DNA from: Eledone cirrhosa
Taxonomy: Eukaryota
DNA length: 64,000 nucleotides
Direction: 5' to 3'
Assembly (NCBI GenBank): GCA_964016885.1
Contig: OZ024751.1
Coordinates: 45,570,001-45,634,000 of the forward strand
A model generated the notes under the pieces. That model did not search any database. It was not told where the DNA came from and saw only the letters and a program-made list of their open reading frames with translations. The position numbers and the translations under genes are program-made. This document shows, in pieces, positions 1-13,100 of the stretch. Numbering within the stretch: position 1 is the first letter of the stretch; each line of letters starts with the position of its first letter.

Positions 1-118
1 AATAAATAACATCAAAATCTCATAGATTCAATAATATTTGAGATAATTATGTGAGATAAAGCCTTTACCACAAAAATACAATAGTATATATAGAGTAATG
101 TAAATGATAAAGAGTTAA
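1..118 (+). mobile_element. 3' part of a piggyBac-like MITE, cut by the window edge
   Basis: CATCAAAATCTCATAGATTC...AATACAATAGTATATATAGAGTAATGTAAATGATAAAGAGTTAA matches the right half of the other copies. Confidence 0.75.
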
Positions 119-704
119 ATCACAAGTTGCATGATCATTTGATTGAGCAGCTGGATGCTCATCATATATAGCGATGTAGAATCAATCATCACATTTTTAA
201 TCAATAGACAAACACTAATTTTCTTGTACAGTAGAACTTCTCAACCATTTTTTCAGTGTCATTAAGAATTTAACAAATCCTCTCATTTATCATTTTCAAA
301 AAAATATTTTTGAAAAATTCAAATTTTAATCACTGAAGAACAAACATTATTTTATAAAAAATGACGAGCTGTTTAAATATTTTGGGGGGTGGGGTTACCA
401 TGGTGATTATGTAATTAAATTCTAAAAACACTTTATTGTTTATATTTTTGTTGTTGTTGTTTTCTTTTCTAAACTTTGTTAATGTTGTTAACATCATTAA
501 TATTCACATGAAATATTCATCATATTTCGTCTGTTTTTGGGGTGTTTTTTTTTTACTTTTCTTCTGAGTTCAGATCCTATTGTGGCCTACATCGATGGTA
601 GACTTCATCCTTCGTCTGGTTTAACACCACCACCACGCCTCTGGTTTGAGGATATGCATATATATTTGTATGTGAATGTATGTATCTGCATGTATATATA
701 CATA

Positions 705-751
<47 letters not shown>

Positions 752-752
<1 letters not shown>

Positions 753-874
753 AGGAAAAGAGTCAGGACCCCGACGACTGAGCTCCAGTTGTTTCAACAG
801 CTATATCCGAACTGTTCGGATCTAACTGTCCAAACGGCTGGAGCTCAGCCGTTGGGGTCCTGACTCTTTTCCTA
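752..874. repeat. 123-nt foldback (family A) next to a (TA)n tract
   Basis: Arms of 61 nt (TAGGAAAAGAGTCAGGACCCC...ATCCGAAC / GTTCGGAT...GGGGTCCTGACTCTTTTCCTA) with 8 mismatches. Related copies at 52302-52414 and 61187-61213 (partial). Confidence 0.9.
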
Positions 875-1259
875 TTACCCACTCTACTACCCTAAGTATC
901 GAGTACTCTGGTGTGATATGGTCCACCTGATTTCTTACCACACTTTCTTTGTTATATATGTATATGTATGTGTGCATATTTATAAATGTATGATTTTGCT
1001 GGATAGAACAGCATATTTCCTCTGAGAATGTGGCTTTCTAGTACAGTTGCTTTGAAGTGAAGTGTCAGTAAAAGGGGCTATTTTACATCCTAGTAGCTCT
1101 TCACTCTCTTCATGTAACCAATCAAGAAATCTTTTGTCTCCTTTTTTGTAGAAATGGTATAAAAACAAAAGACATAAACTACAGTAAAGTGAAGAAACCC
1201 CCACCTCTCCAAACAATGAAATTGCAGAAGAGTCAACTGTTTTGACCTATTGAGTTTCA

Positions 1260-1562
1260 TTAACCTGTTGACTGCTGCATATATTTTACTCTGCTACAGT
1301 TGCTGTGCCAGGTTTTTTTTTTTTTTTTCAGTAAAAATGACTATTTTTTTAAACAAACATTTATTAACAACACATATCTGAATGATTGACAAATGTCACA
1401 TTAATAAACTAGTAACCCTATCTAGCTTTGAAGATATGAACTGTTGGAAACAAGTTCATAACTTTGAAGTTATGACTTTTGGAAATAAGTTCAAGCATGT
1501 TGGGAGGAGTTATCTCACCCGTGGCACTGGAATGCATATATGTTAGGCATTGAAGGGGTTAA
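1260..1562. mobile_element. Possible second, older TTAA-flanked MITE
   Basis: Imperfect inverted termini TTAACCTGTTGACTGC..CATATAT / ATATATG..GCATTGAAGGGGTTAA. Single copy in this window. Confidence 0.4.
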
Positions 1563-3626
1563 GGAGACTCCATTATGTGAAGTTGTGGCATGTATCCTTG
1601 CTTGAATGATGTTTGTGGAAATATGTGAGAGTCATAAAAGATATGACAGACTTCTAAGTGTGAGAAGTCACTGGTTACAATCACCATGTTTGTGTTGTGT
1701 TTAGAACAAAGAATATTTAACTCCAAAATAGCTCAGTCCACCTGGCTGCAAATAGACACCACTGAGTTAAACAGAAAACGAAAAGAGCATATGTAAACAA
1801 TGTTTCGTTAGTTATTTATTGTGCTCAGGATCAGATTTAGACATTGATGGGCCCAAGGAAGTTCAGGTTTAGCAGGCCCCTCAAATAACAACACGTGTAT
1901 GTATATTTATTTATATATGTATAGATATATGTATGTATGTATGTATGTATGTATCTATATATATAGATATATGTATGTATATATATATACATACACATTT
2001 AAGCAGGAAGAGAGAGAGAAAGGGCCCTGTTTGGAGCGGAGGCGGGGGGGGGGGGGGCTGTTCATTCTCCCCACCATCACCACAAAGACCACCCCCACCA
2101 AATAAATCCGGCCATGGTTATACAAGGTTTGATTGTTCATGATTCAGTTCCTGCAGAAATGTAGGGGGTTGATTATAACCCCCAGCTTCTGATGACATCT
2201 TTTAGGCCTTGAAGAATATATTAATTTTATTATCTAATGTAAATGGTTCAAAGGTATGGAGGGGAGGAGTATTATTGATTGAGGTGGTGGCAAATATTCT
2301 TATATCAAAGATAGCTAAAACAATCAAGTGCTGAACTAAATACTTTACATTATTTAGTTTTGTACCCCTAGGTTATGGGTTCAAATCAGGTCTGGGTTGA
2401 ATTTGTTTTAATCAATTTTTATCATCATTCTGACGTTGCTGAAGTAAAGCTCTACTTAATATATTAGGGGCATAAGTGTATTGCTCCTATCATTTTTTTT
2501 TGGGGGGGGGGGTGCAGATGTTCATAATTTTCTGATAAAATTGGTTTTGGGAGGTGCAGCTGCACCTCCAGCAATGCACATCTGAGTAGGGGTAGATTTA
2601 ACTAACTGTACCCCCACCCCACTTCCATTGTAGGTAACCTTCATTAATAATAGGAAATGTTTTATCAGAAGCATATCAAGAGCTGGAGGGAGGAGTCACC
2701 TTCAAGAGCAGGATTGAAGGAGCACAAATTTACCTCTGGTCTATCATTCCCTATTATAATTAAAATGGTAGGTACAATTGATGTCCTTGTCCCTTGAAGG
2801 GAGACAGGGTACATAGAAATTGTACTAAATCCCTAAAATACAAGTGTTTTAAGATAATGTTCCCTGATAAAATGGTTAGCCTTGCAGGCCACATGACTGG
2901 CTTTATACTCATCATGGAGTCATTTTTTAGGCAGACCCTCTTCCTGGCACCAACCTTCCCGTTTAGTTAACTCTTACAGTTTAGAATAGGTACACCAAAT
3001 CAGATCCCCTTCCTGTCACCAAACTTACCTTTTAGTCACCTCTTACAGTTTAGAATAGGTACACAATATCCTTTCCATACCAGTGATGTTATTGAATTAT
3101 CATATTATCATCATCATCATGTCATAAGGTTATACAAATTAGTGTTTGGTACCAAATAATGTCCTCAAAACTATTCTTTGTTTTTGTTATTACTTCATCA
3201 CCTGTCTAAACCACGAGAAAGTTTGTTTTTCTTCTTGCGGGGGGCGTCTTTGTTCTCTTTCCCTTCGTTCGTTTCCCTACAGAACACATCTTCCTTTAAT
3301 ATATGTATATATATATATATATGTATATCTGTTGTATAACTCACCAAAAGTGCCTATGCTGTGTGGTTTACTAGTAAGTCTATAATAGTATATCCCTTGT
3401 TGATTTACCAATAATAATAATAATAATAATAATACTTCACAACAATGGTTAAACATCAAATTGTCACTGCTTCCTTTTACACCTCCTCCATATCTTCTCA
3501 GAGAGAAGAGTTTGAAAATAATGGGAGATAACTGTACATTTATATTTTATATATATATATAAAGATATATAAAAAAAATCATATAATATATATATATATA
3601 CATAAATATATTTGTATAAATGATTG

Positions 3627-3663
<37 letters not shown>

Positions 3664-3955
3664 CATATATATATATATTATATAGATTGTGTATATATAT
3701 ATATATATATATATGTGCTCTTTCAATTCATTTGTTGTTTTTAAATTAACAAACCTTATTCATATCTGATATTTTTTTTTGTTCGTTTATTTTTTGTATC
3801 AAATATCTGTTTATTGTTGATGCTTTTATTAATTTTTTTTTTCCTTTTCAATTCAATAAATTTATTCATGAAACTTTGAAATCTAAAGAAATGGACAAAA
3901 ACGTAAAAACCCAACCAAGACATTGTATCTAAATAAAGACTCACTGTTGATCAAT

Positions 3956-3995
<40 letters not shown>

Positions 3996-5254
3996 CTTGT
4001 TGTTCCTGCTTTTTTTCTTCATATTGTGAATGTTTGTGAACATTTCTGTTATTATATATACATACATGTGTATATTGTAGTGTTCAGCTCGCAATCACAG
4101 GGTTGTGAGTTCAATTCTCTGTTGTACCTTGTATCCGTGAGCAAGACACTTTATTTCAAGTTGCTTTAGTCCACTCCTCAACTGGAAACAATTCACAATT
4201 GTGAATCCAACACTCTTCTAATGAACATAGGGGTACAATGATAGCTAAGGTTATGGCTCAAGAAGTGAAGAAGGATCAAGGCTCTTAAAATTTTGCGATG
4301 CAAATGACTAACTATTTGCAATACTAACTGGCCAACCACTTGATCACCTACAAATCAAGTCAACATGCAAGCCAGATTCACTTCATGTTCGTTAGAACAT
4401 GGGGTAGATCAATGGTGATGAGTACTGAGCCCTTTCCTAGATAAGAATACAACCCCACTCCTATATATGTACTAGTTGTCATAAGAAACGCAGGAAAACT
4501 TCAAGATGGATGGTATGAAAGCTGAGAAATGTCTCTGTTCAGAAATCTAGGTTTAGAAAAGCTCTACATGATGATATTGAGGACAATTGAACGTTTCTAT
4601 GCGACAACCTACTTCAGGTTACTGATGAGATCTAGCTGGAACAAACCAGTCAAATGGTGACATCTTGATGATGGCATAGTACTGTAGACAGACCCATTAA
4701 AGATAAGAGATAGGTATGGAAGTACTGGTGTTGTTGGTACTGTTAGAGACCAAGTGTTGGCAACAGGGTGCTCTGTAGCTTCTTTTTTTTTTGTTGAGGA
4801 CAGAAAGCCCTTAAGTGGCTGACATCGCCACATAAATGACACAGGTTTTCTGCTCTTAACTACAACAAGCAGCTCAACTCCATTCGTCAGGCAAATAATA
4901 ATGAATAACAACAAACAATAATAATAACAACAAACAACAATAATAATAATGATAATGATAATAATAACAATAATACACCACTCAACTTTTTCTTCTTCTG
5001 TTAAATATTTGAAATAGAATTTTTCATGCAAAATTTTGAGTCAATTAAAAAATTTTTTTTTTTCTTTTTAATTTTTCATTCATTTGTCTTTTTGTGGGAG
5101 CAATGAGTGGTTTGTATTTACTGGTGGGTGAGAGAAGGGGGAGCAATGATTGGTTTGTATTGACTGGGGTGGGTGGAAAAGAGTTTGCTGTTGTTATTTT
5201 ACTGGTTGAGAAAGGAGGGAGGTTGCTGGTTTAGTTTAGTTTAGTGATCGGATT

Positions 5255-6120
5255 AACAGCAGCAGTGGACAGAAGGTAGTTGACATGGTGGACACCTGAT
5301 ATAGTGGACATGTGATGTAGTGATGGCCAACATGTAATGCAGCAGACAGCTAAAACAGTTGACATGTTGATAGAGAGGAAGATTTGACAGAATGTACATT
5401 TTTGACAGAGTGAGGGTGATTTTGCAGCTAAGATTTTGACAGAGTGAGCATGCTGACAAACAAGACAACAGAGTGGACATGTTGATATAATGGTCAAATT
5501 AGTTGGAGGTCATTCTGAAAGACTGAACAGGCTGTAACAGTGGACACTTTTAAAGAGTGGATATGTTGACATAGTGGACAAGGTAACACAGTGATCAAGA
5601 TGGCATAAAGAAAATGTTGACATTCCGACAGACAGATTATGCTGACACAAATGGCTTAGATGATAGTGTGGGCTTGCTGTCAGATTAGACATAGTGTACA
5701 TGTTGACTCAGCATGGACATATTAGCATAATGAACGTTATGGTGGATTGGACATGAAAATACAGTGCATATGTTGACATAGTGGACATTTTGACATAGCG
5801 ACCATGGCATAGTGGACATGTCAACATAGTGACCATGTTGACATAATGAACACGACATGGTAGATATGCTGACATAATGGATATGTCAACATAGTGACAG
5901 TAATTATGTTGACAGAGTGACAGTGACTATGTTGTCATAGTGGACAAGTTGACATAGTGACCATGTTGACATAGTGGACATGACACGGTAAATATCTAGA
6001 CATAATGGATATGTCAACATAGTGACAGTAATTATGTTGACATAGTGGACATGACACAGTGCATATGTTGACATAATAGATATGATGATAAAGTGCAGTG
6101 GCCATGTTGAGCGTGTGGAC
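5255..6120. repeat. Degenerate ~16-17 bp satellite (GTGGACATGTTGACATA-like)
   Basis: Recurrent GTGGACAT / GTTGACATAG motifs that become more regular toward 5760-6120. Confidence 0.75.
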
Positions 6121-6538
6121 AAAAAAGGAGAAGAAGTAGAATAAGACATACTCCAAAGAAGAACAGGAAGTGACCAGATGAAATATATGTATATATGTAT
6201 ATATATGTTTGTCATGACAAAAAAGCAGTAAATAAATAAATATTTTTGATCATTCTTGACCAAATAATCTTATCTTTGGAGACATTTTAGTCAGCAAATA
6301 AATAGTTTTGTTATTTTTCTTACTGTTTTGTGGTTGGTGTTTCTGTAATAATTTTTTTGTCTTGTTTCAAGATTTTTTGAAAAAGTAGTTTTAATAAATA
6401 TTTATTTTTTATTTTTTAGTATTTGTTTTTTGAGATCATTCAGTTGTGTTTTTAGTGTTTTTTTAGTGATTATTTTTTTTTAGATATATTTGATGTTTTA
6501 TTTTCAATTCATTTCTTTTTTTAGGAAGGTTTACTGAT

Positions 6539-6631
<93 letters not shown>

Positions 6632-7165
6632 GTATCTATATATATATATATATACATATGTATCTATAAATATATTTATACATATATATGTGTGTATATA
6701 TTTATACATATATATATATATATTTATACATATATATATATGTATATATATTTATACATACATATATATATATATATATTTATACATATATATATATATG
6801 TATATATATTTATACATACATATATATGTATATATATTTATACATATATATGTATATATATTTATACATATATATATATGTATATATATTTATATATATA
6901 TGTATATATATCCAAAATTGGGGGTAGACAGAACAAAGACAATAGGGGAATACAAGGGAAAGATGGACAGTCCCATCTCTTCAGTCAACCTCTGGACATC
7001 ATTACGGTTTCGGTGAATTAAAGTTGATACCATTCATTCCAGTGCACATTGAGACATAACTATATATATATATATATATCCAACCCATGCAAGCATGGAA
7101 AAACATGTGAAAATGATCATTATATATATATATGTTAAATGACACTGTACAATTTTGAGAAATCT

Positions 7166-7703
7166 TCATTGAGATAGGTGATCAGGAAAATATCTTATGA
7201 TAGCAACACCAGCATCACACCGCTGCGCTGACATTGTCTGACTTATTATTTCCCAAGTGTTCTTCAAAGGGTCAAAACTTTCCATAGAATTCAACAATGT
7301 GTTCCCATCATATCTGAAATATACAAAAATGGAGAGGAAAATTAACACCATTTAAAACAAGCAGTGGCATTTGTTTATCTCCTGCATAAAACAATGTCCC
7401 ACAACATACCAGTTTCATGGGTTAGTACTATAGTTTAAAAAATAAGGACTGGTGTCAGGGAGGGGATCTGACCATAGAATAATACCTCATAATGTCCTTG
7501 TCCAACCCATGCCAGTGTGTAAAAGTGAATATAAAGGCAATAATAAAGATGATGATGGTGGCGGTGGGTGTGATAGTAGTGGTGGTGGTGGTGATTACCA
7601 TGATGATGATGGTGGTGGTGGTGGTTGTGGTGATGATGATGATGAAGAGGAGAAGGAAGAGGATGTCAGTTACAAGGAGAGTATAAGAGTTTTTAGTTGC
7701 ATG

Positions 7704-7740
<37 letters not shown>

Positions 7741-10101
7741 CATATATATATCATCATCATCATTTTACGTCCGCTGTAAAAGGTAAACAGAAATAACAAC
7801 ACAATCGGTACAGTATATGTAAGGAATATATTAGGTTAACGCTTGATATAGCAGGAAGAGGGTCTTAACATTTCGGACACTAGTCCTTCATCAGAAGAAA
7901 GAATGAGAAATAATATAGATTGAGGGGGACGGGCAGGTTGGAATTCATGTTGACATCTCTTGCATATATATTACATGTGTGGTTATCGAGGGCTGGAGAG
8001 AGAGTGAGAGTGAGAGGGAGGTAATATGTTGAATTGCTACTACTTACCCTGCAACAACTAGAAGTTTCCCTCGTAAAATACAGGCTCCAACATAACACCT
8101 TGGTACAGTCATACTCTGTATGCTGGTCCAGTGACCAGTGTAGCTGTTATAACATTCAACGCTAGACAAATGGTTCGACCCATCATATCCACCACACACA
8201 TATATGATATCATTAACAACAGCAACACCAGCCCCTGAAATAAAGAAATACACCAATAATTTAGAAATAGAGGTTTATTAAAGAATAAACAAGCAAACAT
8301 ATCTACTGTATATACTTATATATAAGGTGTACTAATACCCCCACCACATCACAAACTTGTCACCCCACCATCACCACCACTCTCTCTTTATAAGGTGTAC
8401 CATTACACCCCCACACCATTACAAACTTGTCACCACCACCACCATCTCTTTATAAGGTGTACCATTATCGCCATATCCACACACACTTGAGTAGTAGTAG
8501 TAGGAGGAGGAGGAGGAGGAGAAGAAGAAGAAGAAGAAGGAGGAGATACAAATAATAATTGTTTCTACTTTTGGTACAAGGCCAGCAATTACCCCAATGC
8601 ATTACTGGTGCTTTATTTTATCAACCCTGTAAGGATGAAAAGCAAAGTTAACCTCAGGCGAGATTTGAACTCAGACCGTAAAGGAGATACAATTAATAAA
8701 GTTTAATTAGGACTGACCTGAACGTCGAGTGGACATTGGTTCAATAGGTGACCACCGTTCGGTGTCTGGATCGTAAACTTCTCCCGAATCGAGAAGATTA
8801 ACTCCGTCGTAACCTCCAATACAGTATATCTTGTCTCTGGCCACCACTAGTCCAGCTCCTTCACGACCAACAGACATACCACACAGTAGTATCCACTGGT
8901 CAAGCATCACATTATAAACTTCCATACTTGTGTGACGAGAATAGCCATCAAAGCCACCACATACATAGATTTTTCCTGGAAATAAACAAATAAAATATGG
9001 AAGAAATATAATTATTGGTTTTAGAATTGAAGGTTTACATTGATTATTTGGAAATTACTTGCCTGCAAATGTTGACTACTGAGAACAATAACAGCTATGG
9101 TAACAACAACAATAGCAACAAATCCACCAACACCACCAACAACAACAATAACAATGACATGCCCTTGACAAGTGTTTTAAATCAATTCAACATAAGCCCT
9201 ACCTTTGTAAACACAAGCTCCAGCTAAACCTCTGTGTTGGTTCATTGAAGCCACATTTTGCCACTGAGCTTCTTCAGCTGCCGTGTCCAAGCATTCCACA
9301 GAATTCAGCCGTGCTAGACCATCGTAGCCGCCAATAACATAGATTTTCCCATTCAATGATACCGCAGATACATAGCGCCTTGATTTCAACAGATTCTGGT
9401 TGAACCAAATAGAAGTACTCAATGATTTTATTAAGGCAAAACATAGACATTTTATAAAACAATGTATTCAGGCCCAGGCAAAGCTGGTAATAGACCAGGC
9501 CAGATGTGAAATATAGGCCATAAAGCTGATAGTAGCCTAGGCCAGATGTAAAATATAGGCAACTAAAGTTAGTAATAGCCTAGGCTAAGTGTAAAATGTA
9601 GGCTCATAAAGCTGGTAATAGGCCAGCCCAGATGTGAAGTATAGGCACCTTAAGTTGGTAATAGCCCATACCAAATGTGAAATGGAATACAGCAGATGTC
9701 TTCCAGAGAAGAATAGAGAGAGAGAGAGAGGAAGTAAGAAAGAGATATAGAGGAAGAGTCGACCCCAGTACTAGACTGGTACTTTTTTTAGCGACCTTGA
9801 AAGGATGAAAGGTAAAGTTGACTTTACCTGTGATACTTACAGGTAAATATTTCCATTCTGATGTCTTTGGATTATACATTTCAACAGTATCAACTAGGTT
9901 TTGGTGAGATCCAAACCCTCCAAGAATCACAACTACTTCTTCATTTCCTGGCAGACAAAAAAATGAGCAAATATATATATATACATACACAAACATAGGT
10001 ATATATGTGTGTGTATATATATATATATATAAATATTTATATATATATCATTGTTCATCCTCATATATATATATATGTGTGTATGTGTTCAAGATAAATA
10101 G

Positions 10102-10139
<38 letters not shown>

Positions 10140-13100
10140 TGTGTGAGAGTATGAGTGTGCAACAACCACTCCACATTCCACAACAACAACCAGCTACTCA
10201 CCATAACGGGGCTGTGTCCTCAAACTGTACATACTGCTACGAAGATCTGGACGTAAGTGGAATTTCTTGGCCTCATCGACGAGATCTCGACATTCATGAC
10301 ACCGTCTGATTAACGGCTTTCATGGCGGAAATAAAAGAAGGGAGAAATTAGGGGGGGATGTAAAACAATGATAGTGTTTTGATGATGATGATGGTAAGGG
10401 TGGTAGAGATGGCAGACATAAAAGGAATGAGAAATAAGGAGAGAGGTGTAAAACAATGATACAATATTACTGTATTAGACTAAACCAGCCAGCCAACCAT
10501 GACACTCACTCAGGAATATTTGGCTACTTTCAGAGATAAATCGTTTGTTGAAACTATAATCAGATTTGATTTAATTTCATAATACACACTTAGAGATTCT
10601 CAGTGACTCATTAAAGTATTCTAGGACATAGTTTGGGACTGACCTCTGACCTCTGAGCCAACATTCTACATCCCTCTACATACAATGACAATAAGACCTC
10701 TGACCTCTAACCCAGCATTCTACATACAATGACAATAAGACTGACCTCTGACCTAACATTCTACATACGATGACAATATGACTGACCTCTGACCCAACAT
10801 TCTACATACAATGACAATATGACTGACCTCTGACCTTTGACCCAACACTCTACATACAATGACAATATGATTGACCTCTGACCTTTGACCCAACACTCTA
10901 CATACAATGACAATATGACTGACCTCTGACCTTTGACCCAACACTCTACATACAATGACAATATGACTGACCTCTGACCTTTGACCCAACACTCTACATA
11001 CAATGACAATATGATTGACCTCTGACCTTTGACCCAACACTCTACATACAATGACAATATGACTGACCTCTGACCTCTGACCCAACATTCTACATCCAAG
11101 GACAATATGACTGACCTCTGACCCAACATTCTACATTCAATGACAATATGACTGACCTCTGACCTCTGACCCAACATTCTACATCCAAGGACAATATGAC
11201 TGACCTCTGACCCAACATTCTACATACAATGACAATATGATTGACCTCTGACCTCTGACCCAACATTCTACATCCAAGGACAATATGACTGACCTCTGAC
11301 CCAACATTCTACATTCAATGACAATATGACTGACCTCTGACCTCTGACCCAACATTCTACATACAATGACAATATGACTGACCTCTGACCCAACATTCTA
11401 CATACAAGGACAATATGATTGACCTCTGACCTAACATTCTACATACAATGACAATATGATTGACCTCTGACCTCTGACCCAACATTCTACATACAAGGAC
11501 AATATGACTGACCTCTGTGTCTATTTTATCAGTGATATACCAAGCTGACAGGAGCGGTAGTCGGACATGTTGAAGTAATCTAGCAAGGTTGTCTTTCCTC
11601 TTCTCCGGGTCATATTTAACCCACTTCACCACAGCTTCATACACGGGTTCTTCACAGACAACCTGAATAAATTACAAAATACAACATACATTGGTGGTGG
11701 TGATGGTGGTGGTGGTGTTGGTGTTGGTGGTGGTGGTGATGGTGGTGGTGACTGTGGTGGTGGTAGTGGTGGTGGTGGTGATGGTGGTGGTGGTGGTGGT
11801 GGTGGTGACTGTGGTGGTGGTGGTGGTGGTGAAGGTGGTGGCAATGGTGGTGATGGTGGTGGTGGTGTTAGCGGTGGTAGTGTTGACAGTGGCGGTGGTG
11901 GTGGTGATTATAGTAATGGCAATGAAGAGAATGATGATGATGATGATGATGATGAAAGCAATGATAGTGATGATAATGATGATGATGATGATAATGATGG
12001 CAATGATGATGACAATGATGATGGTGATGATAGCAATGACAATAAAGATGATAGAGAGAGAGGGGGAGGGAGTTGTTACCTCAATGTCATCACTTTGTAT
12101 CAACCGTTCCACTTCTTCAACCGGGAGAAGTCGAAACTCCTCGTTCTTTATAATTTCATCAAACACCTTCACACTGTATTTCTCAGCAGCTGTCAGCAGT
12201 CTCTCACAGCCGTGATTCTCAGCAAATATCTTAATGCCCAGACAGTTTGTCGGATCCAACTGTTTCTCCAGGAAGGCACTGCATGCATTTTTTACTCCTA
12301 AAATAGTAATAATTCTTTCTAACATAGGCACCAAGCCAGCAATTTAGGGGATGGGGGAAAAAGTCAATTATATCAACCCCAGTAGATTACTGGTACTTTA
12401 TTTTATTGATCATGGAATGATGAAAAGCAAAGTTGCCCTTGACATGATTTGAACTCAGAATGTATAGCGCAAACCAGATTTGTCTGAGAATCCATCGTCC
12501 TACTTCTAAAATGGTAATAATACTAGTTAAACTCTTAATGTCCTGTACCACATGAAATCACATTAGCAAGCCATTGTTGAAAAATAACAAACAACCCTAT
12601 GAGTACATCAAATTAAAAATTAAAATCTTTAACTCTAATATAGGTAGAGATCACAGCTTTGATACTATGGGCATGTGGTTAGAATGTTTCGGGGAAAGAA
12701 TCGCTGGACAGATTTTACAGGCAAAACAAACCAGCAGACCCTGAGCAAGATGGTTGGATAACATCCATGAGCTTGGCTGGTCTCACTTGGGGATCCAGCC
12801 AGATTAGTTAGAGACAGTTGCTTCTAACAAAACCCACTTGTTACACTTTGGGAGGGTCATGCTGCCAAAGTATAACAAACGTGGAAAAACAGACGAAAAA
12901 CTGATATATAATGATGAGGATGATGATATATATATATATACATGGAGGGACATGGCTTAGGGGTTAGAGCATTGGCCTTGCAATCGAAAGGTTGTGAGTT
13001 CAATTCTCAGACCGGGTGATGTGTTGTTTCCTTGAGCAAGACACTTTATTTCACATTGCTCCAGTTTACTCAGCTGTAGAAATGAGATGATAGGGATTGG

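Noticed and set aside
5255-6120. GGACATGTY words as a p53 response-element cluster
   Set aside because: Half-sites are imperfect and unpaired, and are explained by the satellite unit.
10753-11177. Repetitive ORFs ([15 protein letters not shown])n
   Set aside because: Translations of the intronic minisatellite.
11672-12079. Poly-Ile/Thr extension of KLHL12 exon 3 suggesting a membrane-anchored isoform
   Set aside because: Intronic (CAT/CAC) microsatellite after a good GAG|GTAAC donor, with no evidence of intron retention.
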